In this document: piece by piece, positions 37,298 through 46,559 of the stretch
How positions within the stretch are numbered: the stretch's first letter is position 1
How the letters are laid out: each line of letters opens with the position of its first letter
DNA from: Chloroflexota bacterium
GTDB lineage: Bacteria > Chloroflexota > Dehalococcoidia > Lucifugimonadales > UBA3495
NCBI GenBank assembly: GCA_027623675.1
Contig: JAQBVF010000002.1
Location: 103,195-167,194 of the forward strand
Reading direction: 5' to 3'
DNA length: 64,000 bases
Position numbers and translations under genes: made by a program
The notes under the pieces: model-generated
Database searches by the model: none
The model's input: the letters and a program-made list of their open reading frames with translations, nothing else
What the model was told of the DNA's origin: nothing

Positions 37298-38677
37298 TTA
37301 CGAGATGTTCTGATTTGTTGGATCTATCTGCCGGAAAACCGTCAATATCAGGCCATCGACACGCCTAACCTCGATCGGCTCTCCAATTGAAATCACACTA
37401 CCATCTTCACTGATAGCTGTCCATGTTTCGTTTCCCACCAGGACCACGCCCCTCGGGTCCAGGTCGCCGGTAACAATCCCCGATGCCCCGGTCAGGACCC
37501 GGTCCTTCTCAATGGGGCCTTGCTTCCGAGACTGGTATCCCTGCACCACCACATATACCAATGCCAGGCCGATCACGCCGCCCGTGCCCGCCAGCAGCCA
37601 CCGGTTGACTGAGATCGATGGCAGGGTTGGCGAAGCGTCACCAAACTGAGTAAATAGGAGCAGGCCGCCGACCACCAGACTGACGATCGCGCCGACCGCC
37701 AGGATTCCTATCCCGGCCACGGCGACTTCCAAGGCTGCCAGCGCCACGGCCAGCAGAACGAACACCACTCCGGCCCAGTTGACCGGCAGATTTCCCAGCG
37801 CCAAGAATGCCAGCAGCAGGCAGATGACCCCTACCACGCCCGGTGCCACCAGTCCGGGGTTGAACAATTCCACTACGATTCCCAGGCCGCCGACCGTAAG
37901 CAGGATGAAGGACACGTTGGGGTCGGAGATGAACTCTAAGAAGTGCTCCAAAACGCTCTTCCCGAAGGTCCTGACCTCCAGGCCATTCGTTTCGAGTACC
38001 ACCATGCCTTCGAAAGTTTCCGTTCGGCGGCCGTCCAGTTGGGCCAACAGGTCGTCTAGGTCGTCAGCGATGTAGTCCACCACGTTGTCCGCCAGCGCCT
38101 CCTGGGCCGTGAAAGAGGCCGCGGACCGCACCGTTTCCTCCAGTTTGTCTTGGTTTCGGCCCCGAGTTTGAGCGATGCTTCTGATGAGCGCGGCGGCATC
38201 ATTCTCAACCTTGCTGGCCAGGGTGTCGCCCAGGTCCTCTCCGGTGCTGGAGACGGGGGTCGCCGCTCCGATATTCGTCCCGGGCGCCATCACCGCGAAA
38301 TGACCCGCCGCCGTGATGAATGTGCCTGCCGAACCGGCCCTGGCGCCTTGTGGCGATACGAACACGGCCACGGGGACCGGCGACTCCAACAGCAATTCCA
38401 CGATCTCCCGGGTGGATTCGAGCAGTCCTCCCGGGGTGTCCAGTTGGATGACCAGCAGGGTTGCGCCGTCCTGATCAGCCTGTTCAATGGCCCTGGCGAT
38501 GAACCGTTCCTTGACCGGGTTGATGATGCCGTCAACCGTCATGACCAGTGCGTGGGGGCCGCGTGGGGTTTGGGCGTGGGCCAATAGCGGCCCCATTAAG
38601 CCGGTAAACACCAGGCTTAATGATAGAAGAGCGAAGAAGAGACGGACGACCCGGAGCCGTTGGTTCATACGGTCCAC
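37298..38677 (-). CDS. nfeD: NfeD long-form membrane-bound serine protease (ClpP-class)
   Basis: 'LDTPGGL', 'ARAGSAG', 'MAPGTNIGAATP', TM helices and a C-terminal OB fold ('G.V.V.NE.W.A'). Adjacent to the SPFH gene. Confidence 0.92.
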   Translation of the reverse strand: MDRMNQRLRVVRLFFALLSLSLVFTGLMGPLLAHAQTPRGPHALVMTVDGIINPVKERFIARAIEQADQDGATLLVIQLDTPGGLLESTREIVELLLESPVPVAVFVSPQGARAGSAGTFITAAGHFAVMAPGTNIGAATPVSSTGEDLGDTLASKVENDAAALIRSIAQTRGRNQDKLEETVRSAASFTAQEALADNVVDYIADDLDDLLAQLDGRRTETFEGMVVLETNGLEVRTFGKSVLEHFLEFISDPNVSFILLTVGGLGIVVELFNPGLVAPGVVGVICLLLAFLALGNLPVNWAGVVFVLLAVALAALEVAVAGIGILAVGAIVSLVVGGLLLFTQFGDASPTLPSISVNRWLLAGTGGVIGLALVYVVVQGYQSRKQGPIEKDRVLTGASGIVTGDLDPRGVVLVGNETWTAISEDGSVISIGEPIEVRRVDGLILTVFRQIDPTNQNIS

Positions 38678-38769
38678 CGCCTATATTTGGGGCACTGGGG
38701 CAGAAGAGTCCTGGTCTAGTCCGGCATCCAAGTGCAGACCAACCGGAAGGGTATCAGACCGGGAGGGTA

Positions 38770-39999
38770 TCAGACATGCGAGACCGGCTCGGCTACCGCC
38801 ACCTCAGCGGAGAACGCGTTGGCCGAAGCGGGCGTCCGGGCCATCCTAGCCAATAATGGGTTGACCAGCCGTAGCACCCCGCCCAGCGTCGGGTGGCCCA
38901 TGATCTTGCCAATCATCGAGCTGTGCCAGTCAAAGGATACATCAGGAGAATTGGCCAGTTCAGCGGGAAACCCATTCTTGCCAGCCTGGCTGACCAAGGA
39001 GCTGATATGGCTATCGCCCAAAAATTCGAAGGCGCGGCGGGCCGAATAGCCCACCTCCAATTCGTTGGAGAGCAGGTCTTTCCAATCCTTCTGGTATGAG
39101 CGCAGGCGATTGGCGGTGAGGTCGTCGTCGCGCAGGGCCTGGTCCAGCGCCCCAGATGCAATCTCACTGGCCATCAGCGAGTAGAAGATTCCGCCACCGG
39201 TGGTCGGCTTCACCTGGCCCGCCGCATCGCCCACCACCATCACGCGCTCAGCGTAGGTCTTGCGCAGCGGCCGAAGGGGGATACCCCAGCAGACCGGCTT
39301 GGACACCGTGCCCACGATCTTGCCATCCAAACGCCGGGCCGCAACAAACTCGGCGAACCGTTCCGGCGCGTTCTTGCGAACCAGAAGCCCGGCCAAGGCG
39401 AATCCGGGCTTGGTCGGCACCAGCCAGGCGAAGAACCCCGGCGCCACGTGCCGCCCCAGATAGACCTCCACCTCGTCAACGCCGTCCGTTTCCACCAGCG
39501 CCTGAACCCCAACCACATAGTCGGAGGCCTCACCGAGGCCCAATTGGCGGTTCAACTGGGAGCCGAAACCGGCGGCCAAAACCAACGCTCGGGCTTCGGA
39601 CACGCCATCATCGGTAACCACCGAGACCCGGTCCTTGCGTTGCTCCACCCGGGCCACCCGCCGGCCCAGCGTATACTCGGCGCCGGCATCACGGGCCCTG
39701 TCGGCGAAGGATGAGACGTAAGCCACGCGGTTGACCACGCGGGCCACCGGGTGGGGAGTCTCAAATCTGACAACGTCCGAAGAGGGAGCGAACACTTTGG
39801 CGGCGCTGATCTCGCCGTATACGTGAGCGGGGTCGATGGGATAACGGCGAAAACATTCTTCACCGACCAGACCGGTGCATAGTTTATCGCCGATATTTTC
39901 TCTGGAGTCGATGACGGTAACGCCGTAGCCTTGGGAAGCCAGGGAAAGAGCGGCGTTGTTTCCGGCTGGGCCGGCCCCCACCACGATCACATCTTGCAA
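38770..39999 (-). CDS. Geranylgeranyl reductase-family FAD oxidoreductase
   Basis: 'VVGAGPAG', 'CTGLV', 'PGFFAWLVP', 'VGDAAGQVKPTTGGGI'. Confidence 0.9.
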   Translation of the reverse strand: MQDVIVVGAGPAGNNAALSLASQGYGVTVIDSRENIGDKLCTGLVGEECFRRYPIDPAHVYGEISAAKVFAPSSDVVRFETPHPVARVVNRVAYVSSFADRARDAGAEYTLGRRVARVEQRKDRVSVVTDDGVSEARALVLAAGFGSQLNRQLGLGEASDYVVGVQALVETDGVDEVEVYLGRHVAPGFFAWLVPTKPGFALAGLLVRKNAPERFAEFVAARRLDGKIVGTVSKPVCWGIPLRPLRKTYAERVMVVGDAAGQVKPTTGGGIFYSLMASEIASGALDQALRDDDLTANRLRSYQKDWKDLLSNELEVGYSARRAFEFLGDSHISSLVSQAGKNGFPAELANSPDVSFDWHSSMIGKIMGHPTLGGVLRLVNPLLARMARTPASANAFSAEVAVAEPVSHV

Positions 40000-40245
40000 A
40001 ATCTAGCACACCTCAAAGAGCTGCAGGTAAAAGCCCCGTTTAACGGCCCGAAGCCCGGGGTTGGTTGCCACGGGGAGATTATACCCTAGCAGACTCACAC
40101 GGTCAGGCGATTATAGGGGCTGATTCGACTGTTATTGTTAACCAGTATCCCGTGCCGGCAGTCTTTGTACAGGGTGCGGATATCGCCAGAAACCGGTCGA
40201 TCAGAGACCGAAAACCGCCGCACAAAAGGCATGCCGCGCCACGCA

Positions 40246-40273
40246 TTGACAACGCTTGGCAGAAGTGTATAAT
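40246..40273 (+). promoter_or_regulatory. Consensus sigma70 promoter of the GntR-OFOR operon
   Basis: TTGACA-16 bp-TATAAT. Confidence 0.8.
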
Positions 40274-40286
40274 TCTGCCCAAACTT

Positions 40287-40305
40287 AAAGTGGTCAGACC
40301 ACTTT
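40287..40305. promoter_or_regulatory. FadR/GntR-type operator
   Basis: Perfect palindrome AAAGTGGTC-A-GACCACTTT containing TGGT-N3-ACCA, just downstream of the -10 and upstream of a FadR-family gene. Confidence 0.85.
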
Positions 40306-40320
40306 TTAAGGCGCTTTAGA

Positions 40321-41037
40321 TTGCCCGATTCCATGCAGGCTGAGTTACATAACCTGGACGGCCAGCGGCTCCATGAGTCCATCGTCCTGAGGTTCCATGC
40401 TTTGATACAGCAGGGTATCTTGAAGCACGGCGCCAAGTTGCCCGCCGAGCGTGTATTGGCCGAGCAGCTAAAGGTTGGCCGTGGCTCGGTGAGAGAAGCC
40501 ATCAGGACGCTGGAACTGCAGGGTTTGGTGGTCAGCAAACACGGGTCCGGGACCTTTATCAACACCCAGAGCCTGGATGCCATGACCACGCTTATGACGT
40601 CGGCCCTTGGTCCGGGCGGCAGCGAGACCCAACTGCGGGACATCTTCGAGGTACGGCATCTCCTTGAACCCCAACTGGCGGCCCTAGCGGCGCAGCGAGC
40701 CACGCCCGCCGATGTGGAGCGGCTGTCTTCCATATTAGTGGAACAACGCCGGCAGATCATGGAGGGAGAGACTGGGGTGGACGCCGACACCAAGTTTCAT
40801 TACGCCCTGGCGACCGCCACCCACAACGCCGCTTTGATCAAAGTGGTGAGCGCGGTGGAAGATGTGCTCCGGCAGTCACGGGACCAGTCGTTGCAGCAAC
40901 CGGGCCGCGCGGAGAGGTCTTTGGCCTCCCACCGCCAGATATTGGAGATGGTCAGCAACCGAGACCATCACGGCGCGCGCGAAGCGATGGAGCATCACCT
41001 GACGGCGGTGGAGCCGTCCTCGGTGTTTGTCGAATAA
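40321..41037 (+). CDS. GntR/FadR-family transcriptional regulator (FCD domain)
   Basis: 'KLPAER.LAEQL.VGR.SVREA...LE..GLV....GSGTFI', 'D.KFH..LA..THN', 'H..I......RD...A..AM..HL'. Confidence 0.95.
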   Translation: MPDSMQAELHNLDGQRLHESIVLRFHALIQQGILKHGAKLPAERVLAEQLKVGRGSVREAIRTLELQGLVVSKHGSGTFINTQSLDAMTTLMTSALGPGGSETQLRDIFEVRHLLEPQLAALAAQRATPADVERLSSILVEQRRQIMEGETGVDADTKFHYALATATHNAALIKVVSAVEDVLRQSRDQSLQQPGRAERSLASHRQILEMVSNRDHHGAREAMEHHLTAVEPSSVFVE

Positions 41038-41137
41038 GACATCGAAACGTTTGGACGCTGGAGTCCGTTTCCAAACGTCTGCGTTAAGCAGTAGTGGATA
41101 AAAACAACCGGAAACACTAGATCTGAGGAGGAGACCT

Positions 41138-42289
41138 ATGGCCACCAGAGCTGTTGAGGTGGTGTACCGGGGCATATTTCAGCGCACATTAGCCCGGAAC
41201 ATCGTCCGGCAAATAGTTTTCGCCGCACGGAAAGACGGCAAGATCGGCACGGCCTTTGGCCGGTACAGCGACTCACCCGAGCGGAACGGCATCCCGGCCA
41301 AGCAATTCGCCGTGGTAGCCGACACCGCGCTGGAGCTGGAAGAGAGCTTGGCTGTATATGAGGCCACCATGGTGGACGTCACCATCAACGTTGACGACAC
41401 CATGTGCAAAGGTCTGGAGTCTTGGGCCTGGTATGGCCTCCAACCCATCAACGAAGTCACCAAACCCGGCGGGACCCTGATCGTGACCTCCCGCCAAAGC
41501 GCCGACGCGCTGTTGGAGGACATCCACCAGAAGAAGGACCCTTACAACCTATCGATCATACCCAGCACCGTGAGCTTCTCCGGCCTCTGGGTATTCAAAG
41601 ACGACCACACCGACATGCGAGCCCTGGGCGCGATGTGCAAGGCCTGCCCAGAGCTTGTCAGCATCAAAGCGATGTTGGAATCCGTCCAAGAGCAGACGGG
41701 CAACGAAGCCAAGGTCGCATCGGTCCAGCGGGCCTTTGACCGGGGCACGAGCCGTCCGGTGGAACCCGGCGAGGGCAACACCGAAACTCCATTCAGTTTC
41801 GACATGCCTGGCTGGAAGACCATGGAAGAAGGTCTGGTCATCAGGGCACAGAAAGAGGGGACCGGTTTCAGGGGCGGAGAGGGCGGATACACCCCCGGCC
41901 GCAGCGAGACCTTCAAGAAGTGGAGCACCCGCTCCATGCGGCCGGTGATCAACTTCGACACCTGCATCAAATGCACGCTGTGCTGGCTGCAGTGTCCTGA
42001 CACCGTGTTCGACATCACGCCCGACGGCTTGTATGACGCCAACATGGAGGCGTGCTGCGGCTGCGGTGTGTGTGAGGCGGTTTGCCCCGTGCCGGACTGC
42101 ATAACAATGGTGGGCGAGCCTGAGTTCAACGATAACTCCAGTCAATACGACGCTTGGACAGCCGACAAAGATGGCTACAACAAGTGGATGACGGTACTAG
42201 TTGAGAAACAAAAATCGGAGACACGGACCCACGGATTCCACCACGTTGGCGGCTACGCGGAAGAGATTGCAGCGTCGGAGGAAGCCTAA
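41138..42289 (+). CDS. 2-oxoacid:ferredoxin oxidoreductase gamma+delta fusion subunit (oxalate oxidoreductase delta-like)
   Basis: Gamma domain 'RG.......', 'Y.DSPER.G.P'. Ferredoxin domain has CIKCTLCWLQCP and CCGCGVCEAVCP. Confidence 0.88.
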   Translation: MATRAVEVVYRGIFQRTLARNIVRQIVFAARKDGKIGTAFGRYSDSPERNGIPAKQFAVVADTALELEESLAVYEATMVDVTINVDDTMCKGLESWAWYGLQPINEVTKPGGTLIVTSRQSADALLEDIHQKKDPYNLSIIPSTVSFSGLWVFKDDHTDMRALGAMCKACPELVSIKAMLESVQEQTGNEAKVASVQRAFDRGTSRPVEPGEGNTETPFSFDMPGWKTMEEGLVIRAQKEGTGFRGGEGGYTPGRSETFKKWSTRSMRPVINFDTCIKCTLCWLQCPDTVFDITPDGLYDANMEACCGCGVCEAVCPVPDCITMVGEPEFNDNSSQYDAWTADKDGYNKWMTVLVEKQKSETRTHGFHHVGGYAEEIAASEEA

Positions 42290-43512
42290 TGGCGACAGTA
42301 AAACCAAGGCTCTATGAGGAGTCAAAAGAGGAACTTATCAGCGGCAGCGAGGCCGTGGGAATCGCCTGCGCTCTCGCCGACGTTGATGTCATCACTGCCT
42401 ATCCCATCCGGCCCTACGACACGGTGATGCAGTATGTGTCACGTCTCAAGGCCGACGGCGCTTTCGACTTTGATTTCATCATCGCCGAGAGCGAGCACTC
42501 CCAATTTGAGATCGTGAAGCATGCCTCCGCCGTAGGCGCCCGGACCTTTTCCGGTTCCAGCGGCGTGGGTTGGTTCTACGCCTTTGAGGCCATCACCGTT
42601 ACCGCCGGCCTCAGGATGCCCGTGGTGGCGATGGTCGGCAACCGGGCGTTGGACGACCCCGGCGCGTTCGGTGTGGAGCACAATGACGCCATGGCCGTCC
42701 GCGACCTGGGCTGGCACCTCTACTGGGTCGCCACCGCTCAGGAAGCGCTCGATATGGCCCTGATGGCCTGGAGGATCGCGGAAGACCCGACGGTGCTGCT
42801 GCCCTTCGCGCTTAGCTGCGACGGCTCATTCCTGACCCACTCGCAGGCGATCGTGCAGGTCCCATCCCAGGACCAGGTTGATAGATTCCTGCCGCCATAC
42901 AAGCGGGGCACGCTGCAATTACACCCAGACAACCCCATCACCATCGCCCCTCAGGTTAACGAGGACTGGCTGATGGAGATTCGCCGCCAGACCGATGAGG
43001 CCATGCGCCGGACGTCCGCCGTGATTCGCCAGGCCCATGAAGAGTTCCGGGAGATATTCGGGCGCGGCGATCCCAGCCCATTCATTGAAGAGTTCATGTG
43101 CGAAGATGCCGAAATCATCTTGGTGGGGATGGGCACGTTGGCCATGCCCACCAGGGTTGCGGTGCGCCGCCTGCGCGCCGCCGGCAAGAAGGTCGGGTTC
43201 CTGCGCATCAAGTTCTTCCGGCCCTTCGCCGCGGAAGAGGTCCAAGAGGCGCTGGGCGATGCCAAGGCGGTTGCGGTGATCGACCGCGACTACTCCTACG
43301 GCTCACCGTCCGGCGGCGGGGTCCTGTTCCACGAACTGCGTTCGACCCTCTATCCTCTGGACAAGCGGCCCCTGATGTTAAACTTCATCGCAGGGCTGGG
43401 CGGCCGGGAAGTTACGGTGGACGATATCAACATGATGACTGAAACGGCCCAGAAAGCCATCGACACTGGTAAAATCGAACAAGAAACCACCTGGGTATCG
43501 GTGAGGGAGTAA
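42289..43512 (+). CDS. 2-oxoacid:ferredoxin oxidoreductase alpha subunit (oxalate oxidoreductase-like, YPIRP motif)
   Basis: 'AYPIRPY', 'ESEH', 'GSSGVG', 'NRALDDPGAFGVEH.D', 'FRPF', 'GLGGRE'. Confidence 0.9.
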   Translation: MATVKPRLYEESKEELISGSEAVGIACALADVDVITAYPIRPYDTVMQYVSRLKADGAFDFDFIIAESEHSQFEIVKHASAVGARTFSGSSGVGWFYAFEAITVTAGLRMPVVAMVGNRALDDPGAFGVEHNDAMAVRDLGWHLYWVATAQEALDMALMAWRIAEDPTVLLPFALSCDGSFLTHSQAIVQVPSQDQVDRFLPPYKRGTLQLHPDNPITIAPQVNEDWLMEIRRQTDEAMRRTSAVIRQAHEEFREIFGRGDPSPFIEEFMCEDAEIILVGMGTLAMPTRVAVRRLRAAGKKVGFLRIKFFRPFAAEEVQEALGDAKAVAVIDRDYSYGSPSGGGVLFHELRSTLYPLDKRPLMLNFIAGLGGREVTVDDINMMTETAQKAIDTGKIEQETTWVSVRE

Positions 43513-43517
43513 TCGAT

Positions 43518-44510
43518 ATGGCAACTGTGCAAGATCTTCCCCAGATAACGGGAGTTAAGAATATACCGGTAGAGGAGTTTTATAACTCAGGTCACCGGAC
43601 CTGCCAGGGCTGCGAGTCGGCCTTGGTGATGCGGCTGATGATCAAGGCCGCCGGTCAAAGGACCATTGTACTGGGCAGCACCGGCTGCATGTACGTGGCC
43701 AACACCACCTACTACAGCACGCCTTGGGTAGTGCCGTGGATGCACACCCAGTTGGGTTCCGCGGGCTCGGCCGCCACCGGCACCGCCGCGGGCCTGGCCT
43801 CCATGATGCGCAAGGGCAAGATGACCCAGGAACCGATCAACGTCATCGCCTTCTGCGGCGATGGCGGCGGAGTGGACATGGGCCTATCGGCCATCTCCGC
43901 GGCTCTGCAGCACGACGAATACAACCTGTTGATCATCTGCTACGACAACGAGTCCTACGCCAACACCGACATTCAGGCTTCGGGTAGCACCCCTTGGGGG
44001 GCCAACACCACGTTCAGCCCCACGGGCAAAGACATCCGGATCATGAACACCAAGCAGAAGAAGAACATGGCACCCATGATCGCCACCGGCCACCCCAACA
44101 TGCGGTTCGTGGCCACGGCCTGCGCTTCTTATGGCCTGGACTTCAACAACAAGGTCCGCCGGGCCTTGACCATCGGCGGTCCCACGTTCATCCACTGCAT
44201 CGACCCCTGCCCCAAGGGCTGGGACTACGACCCCAAGTACTCTCACGAATTGGGGATGCTGGCCATCGAGACCGGCCTTTGGATCCAATATGAGATCACC
44301 GACGGCGAGTTGATCCTGAACGGGCCCAGCCGCGCCATCGCCAAGGGTATCCGCAAGCGCAAGCCTGTGGAAGAATACCTGATGCGCCAGGGCCGCTTCG
44401 CCCACTTCTTGCCGGAAGACATCAAGTTCTTCCAGGACAAGGTGGAGGAGACCTGGGAGAAATGGTGGATCCCCGGCCTGATCCCCATCACCCCCGGCCA
44501 AGACGACTAA
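43518..44510 (+). CDS. 2-oxoacid:ferredoxin oxidoreductase beta subunit (oxalate oxidoreductase-like)
   Basis: 'GHRTCQGC', 'TGCMYVANT', ThDP motif 'GDGG...YDNESYANT', 'PCPKGW'. Confidence 0.9.
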   Translation: MATVQDLPQITGVKNIPVEEFYNSGHRTCQGCESALVMRLMIKAAGQRTIVLGSTGCMYVANTTYYSTPWVVPWMHTQLGSAGSAATGTAAGLASMMRKGKMTQEPINVIAFCGDGGGVDMGLSAISAALQHDEYNLLIICYDNESYANTDIQASGSTPWGANTTFSPTGKDIRIMNTKQKKNMAPMIATGHPNMRFVATACASYGLDFNNKVRRALTIGGPTFIHCIDPCPKGWDYDPKYSHELGMLAIETGLWIQYEITDGELILNGPSRAIAKGIRKRKPVEEYLMRQGRFAHFLPEDIKFFQDKVEETWEKWWIPGLIPITPGQDD

Positions 44511-44557
44511 CGCTCACCGCTGGTACCTCCGGGCGCTAGCGGGCCTGAACAAGAAAG

Positions 44558-44587
44558 AGGGGGCGGACAATGTCCGCCCCCTTATTT
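44558..44587. terminator. Intrinsic (probably bidirectional) terminator
   Basis: AGGGGGCGGAC-AAT-GTCCGCCCCCT flanked by A-rich and T-rich tracts, between convergent genes. Confidence 0.8.
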
Positions 44588-44623
44588 GTGTCTCTGTTAG
44601 CCGGGATCAACCAAGAGCAACCC

Positions 44624-44929
44624 TTATTCTTGGCGCGCTAATACCTTCACTTCTTCATCCAGTCTATTCCCCAGCCGGTCCTTTTCGACTTCCAGGTCAT
44701 ACTGGTTTTGCAGATTTAACCAGAACCGTTCTGAAGTCCCGAAATAACGGGACAGGCGCAGTGCCGTATCGGCCGTCACAGCTCTTTGGCCGTGGACGAT
44801 CTGGTTTATCCGGCGGGGGTGCACCCCAATGTCCTTGGCCACCCGGTACTGGCTGATCCCCAGCGGAACCATGAATTCTTCCATCAATATCTCGCCGGGA
44901 TGGACCGGTGGTTCTTTCGTGGTTGTCAT
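44624..44929 (-). CDS. higA: HigA-family antitoxin (HTH)
   Basis: 'PPVHPGEILMEEF..PLGISQYR.AK.IGV..RRIN.IV.G.R.VTADTALRL.RYFGTS..FWLNLQ..YDL'. Confidence 0.92.
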   Translation of the reverse strand: MTTTKEPPVHPGEILMEEFMVPLGISQYRVAKDIGVHPRRINQIVHGQRAVTADTALRLSRYFGTSERFWLNLQNQYDLEVEKDRLGNRLDEEVKVLARQE

Positions 44930-44946
44930 TGGCTCCACCTCTTCTC

Positions 44947-45092
44947 CTAATGATATCGCAACGAGTCCAGGGTATTCGGCGTTACCGTGTCGTCTTATAC
45001 CTTCGAGATTCCCGTTCCCACTTGCCACCGCAGGCGGTTCGGGTTAGAGTAGGTTCGATTTTAGACCCGCATCGGTATCCCGATTTTTGATA
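44947..45092 (-). pseudogene. Possible decayed higB toxin remnant
   Basis: Sits at the toxin position upstream of higA. Fragments in different frames: 'IKNRDT', 'GN.NLEGIR' and terminal 'YH*', similar to HigB ends. No intact ORF. Confidence 0.4.
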
Positions 45093-45165
45093 TATAGTGA
45101 TCTGCCGGGGATTCCGAGCGGGTGTATCCACCCTCACATCCACTCAACCAAATCAGGAGGACCCG

Positions 45166-46263
45166 ATGGCGAACGACCCCATCAATCTTTACGACTACGA
45201 AGCCAGGGCCAAGCTCGCTCTGCCCCACGACAACTGGGACTTTATCGACGCCGGAGCCATGGACGAGATCACGACCAAGCGCAACCGGAGCGCCTTCGAC
45301 CAACTGTCGATTCGCCCCCGGTTCATGCGCAGCGTGGAGGAGCGGAAGATCTCGACCACCATGCTGGGCCAAGACATCAGCATGCCGGTGTTCGTCTGCC
45401 CAGCCGGCAGTCACGGCCTGGCCCACCCCGACGCCGAGGTTGCCACCGCCAGGGCTGCAGGACGGTCCAACACCCTGATGATGCTCAGCACGTCGTCCAA
45501 CTGCAGTTTGGAAGAAGTGGCCGCCGCCGCCACCGGTCCGCTCTGGTTCCAGCTTTACCACCGGGGCAAGGCCCTGACCGAGATGCTGGTACACCGGGCC
45601 GAGGAAGCGGGGTTCAAGGCGATCGTCCTGACCATCGACACGCCGGTTCCCAGTCCCAAAGAGCGGGACCTGCGCAACAAATTCGAGCGCAGCCTGGAAT
45701 TGGGCAACTTCCGCAACCTGAACCTCCCCCGCAATGAGATCAGCGGCACCGACGAAACTCCCGGCTGGGACGTTTCCCGGGCCGACCCCATCACCTGGAA
45801 GGACGTGGAATGGCTGCGGAGCCTGTCTTCTTTGCCGTTGGTTCTGAAGGGAGTCCGTGTCGGAGAGGACGCCAAGATCGCCGCTGAGATGGGTATCGAG
45901 GGCATACTGGTTTCGACCCACGGCGGCCGGCAGTTGGACCAGACTTTGAGCTCCATAGAGACGGTGCCCGAGATTGTAGATGCGGTTAAGGGCAACTGCG
46001 AGGTCTACCTCGATTCCGGTGTCCGACGCGGCAGCGACGTACTTAAGGCGCTGGCCCTGGGCGTCAAGGCCGTCGGCATCGGCCGGCCTCTGTACTGGGG
46101 CCTGGCCACCGAGGGCGAGGATGGGGTCCATAACGTCCTCGAACTGCTGCGTGAAGAAGTCGGCAGGGTCATGGATTTCTGCGGCCAGAGCGACGTGGGG
46201 GACTTGGAAAAGGCCCTGATCAACATCCCCAACAACTGGGGACCCGGGTCCACCGCGCCGTAA
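45166..46263 (+). CDS. FMN-dependent alpha-hydroxy acid oxidase/dehydrogenase
   Basis: 'WFQLY', 'LTIDTP', 'LKGV', 'STHGGRQLD', 'DSGVRRGSDVLKALALG', 'GRP'. GGAGG precedes the ATG at 45166. Confidence 0.93.
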   Translation: MANDPINLYDYEARAKLALPHDNWDFIDAGAMDEITTKRNRSAFDQLSIRPRFMRSVEERKISTTMLGQDISMPVFVCPAGSHGLAHPDAEVATARAAGRSNTLMMLSTSSNCSLEEVAAAATGPLWFQLYHRGKALTEMLVHRAEEAGFKAIVLTIDTPVPSPKERDLRNKFERSLELGNFRNLNLPRNEISGTDETPGWDVSRADPITWKDVEWLRSLSSLPLVLKGVRVGEDAKIAAEMGIEGILVSTHGGRQLDQTLSSIETVPEIVDAVKGNCEVYLDSGVRRGSDVLKALALGVKAVGIGRPLYWGLATEGEDGVHNVLELLREEVGRVMDFCGQSDVGDLEKALINIPNNWGPGSTAP

Positions 46264-46292
46264 GAACGGCTTCAATATCGCCTAAGCCTTAT

Positions 46293-46333
46293 AAGAAGGG
46301 GCCGGTCTCAGCAGATGAGAGCGGCCCTTTCTT
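46293..46333. terminator. Probable terminator hairpin
   Basis: AAGAAGGGGCC.GTCTCA-loop-TGAGA.GGCCCTTTCTT. Confidence 0.6.
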
Positions 46334-46559
46334 GGTTTGAGGTGGGTTATTCCTGGAGCAGGGCTGCCGGGATGTTGGACTGCTACAGGCGCAGCAGCGG
46401 CGGTCCGGGGTTATCCCGGCTTATATCTTTTGGAAGCCCGCACAGTGAGAAGCTCGAACAGCGACCATCAGACCGCTAGCACCGGCTCTGCGGGTGTCAT
46501 TTGCGGGTGTCATTATCGAGGCATCCGAACTTCTTTGGACCGCATGTAAGCGGCAGAGC

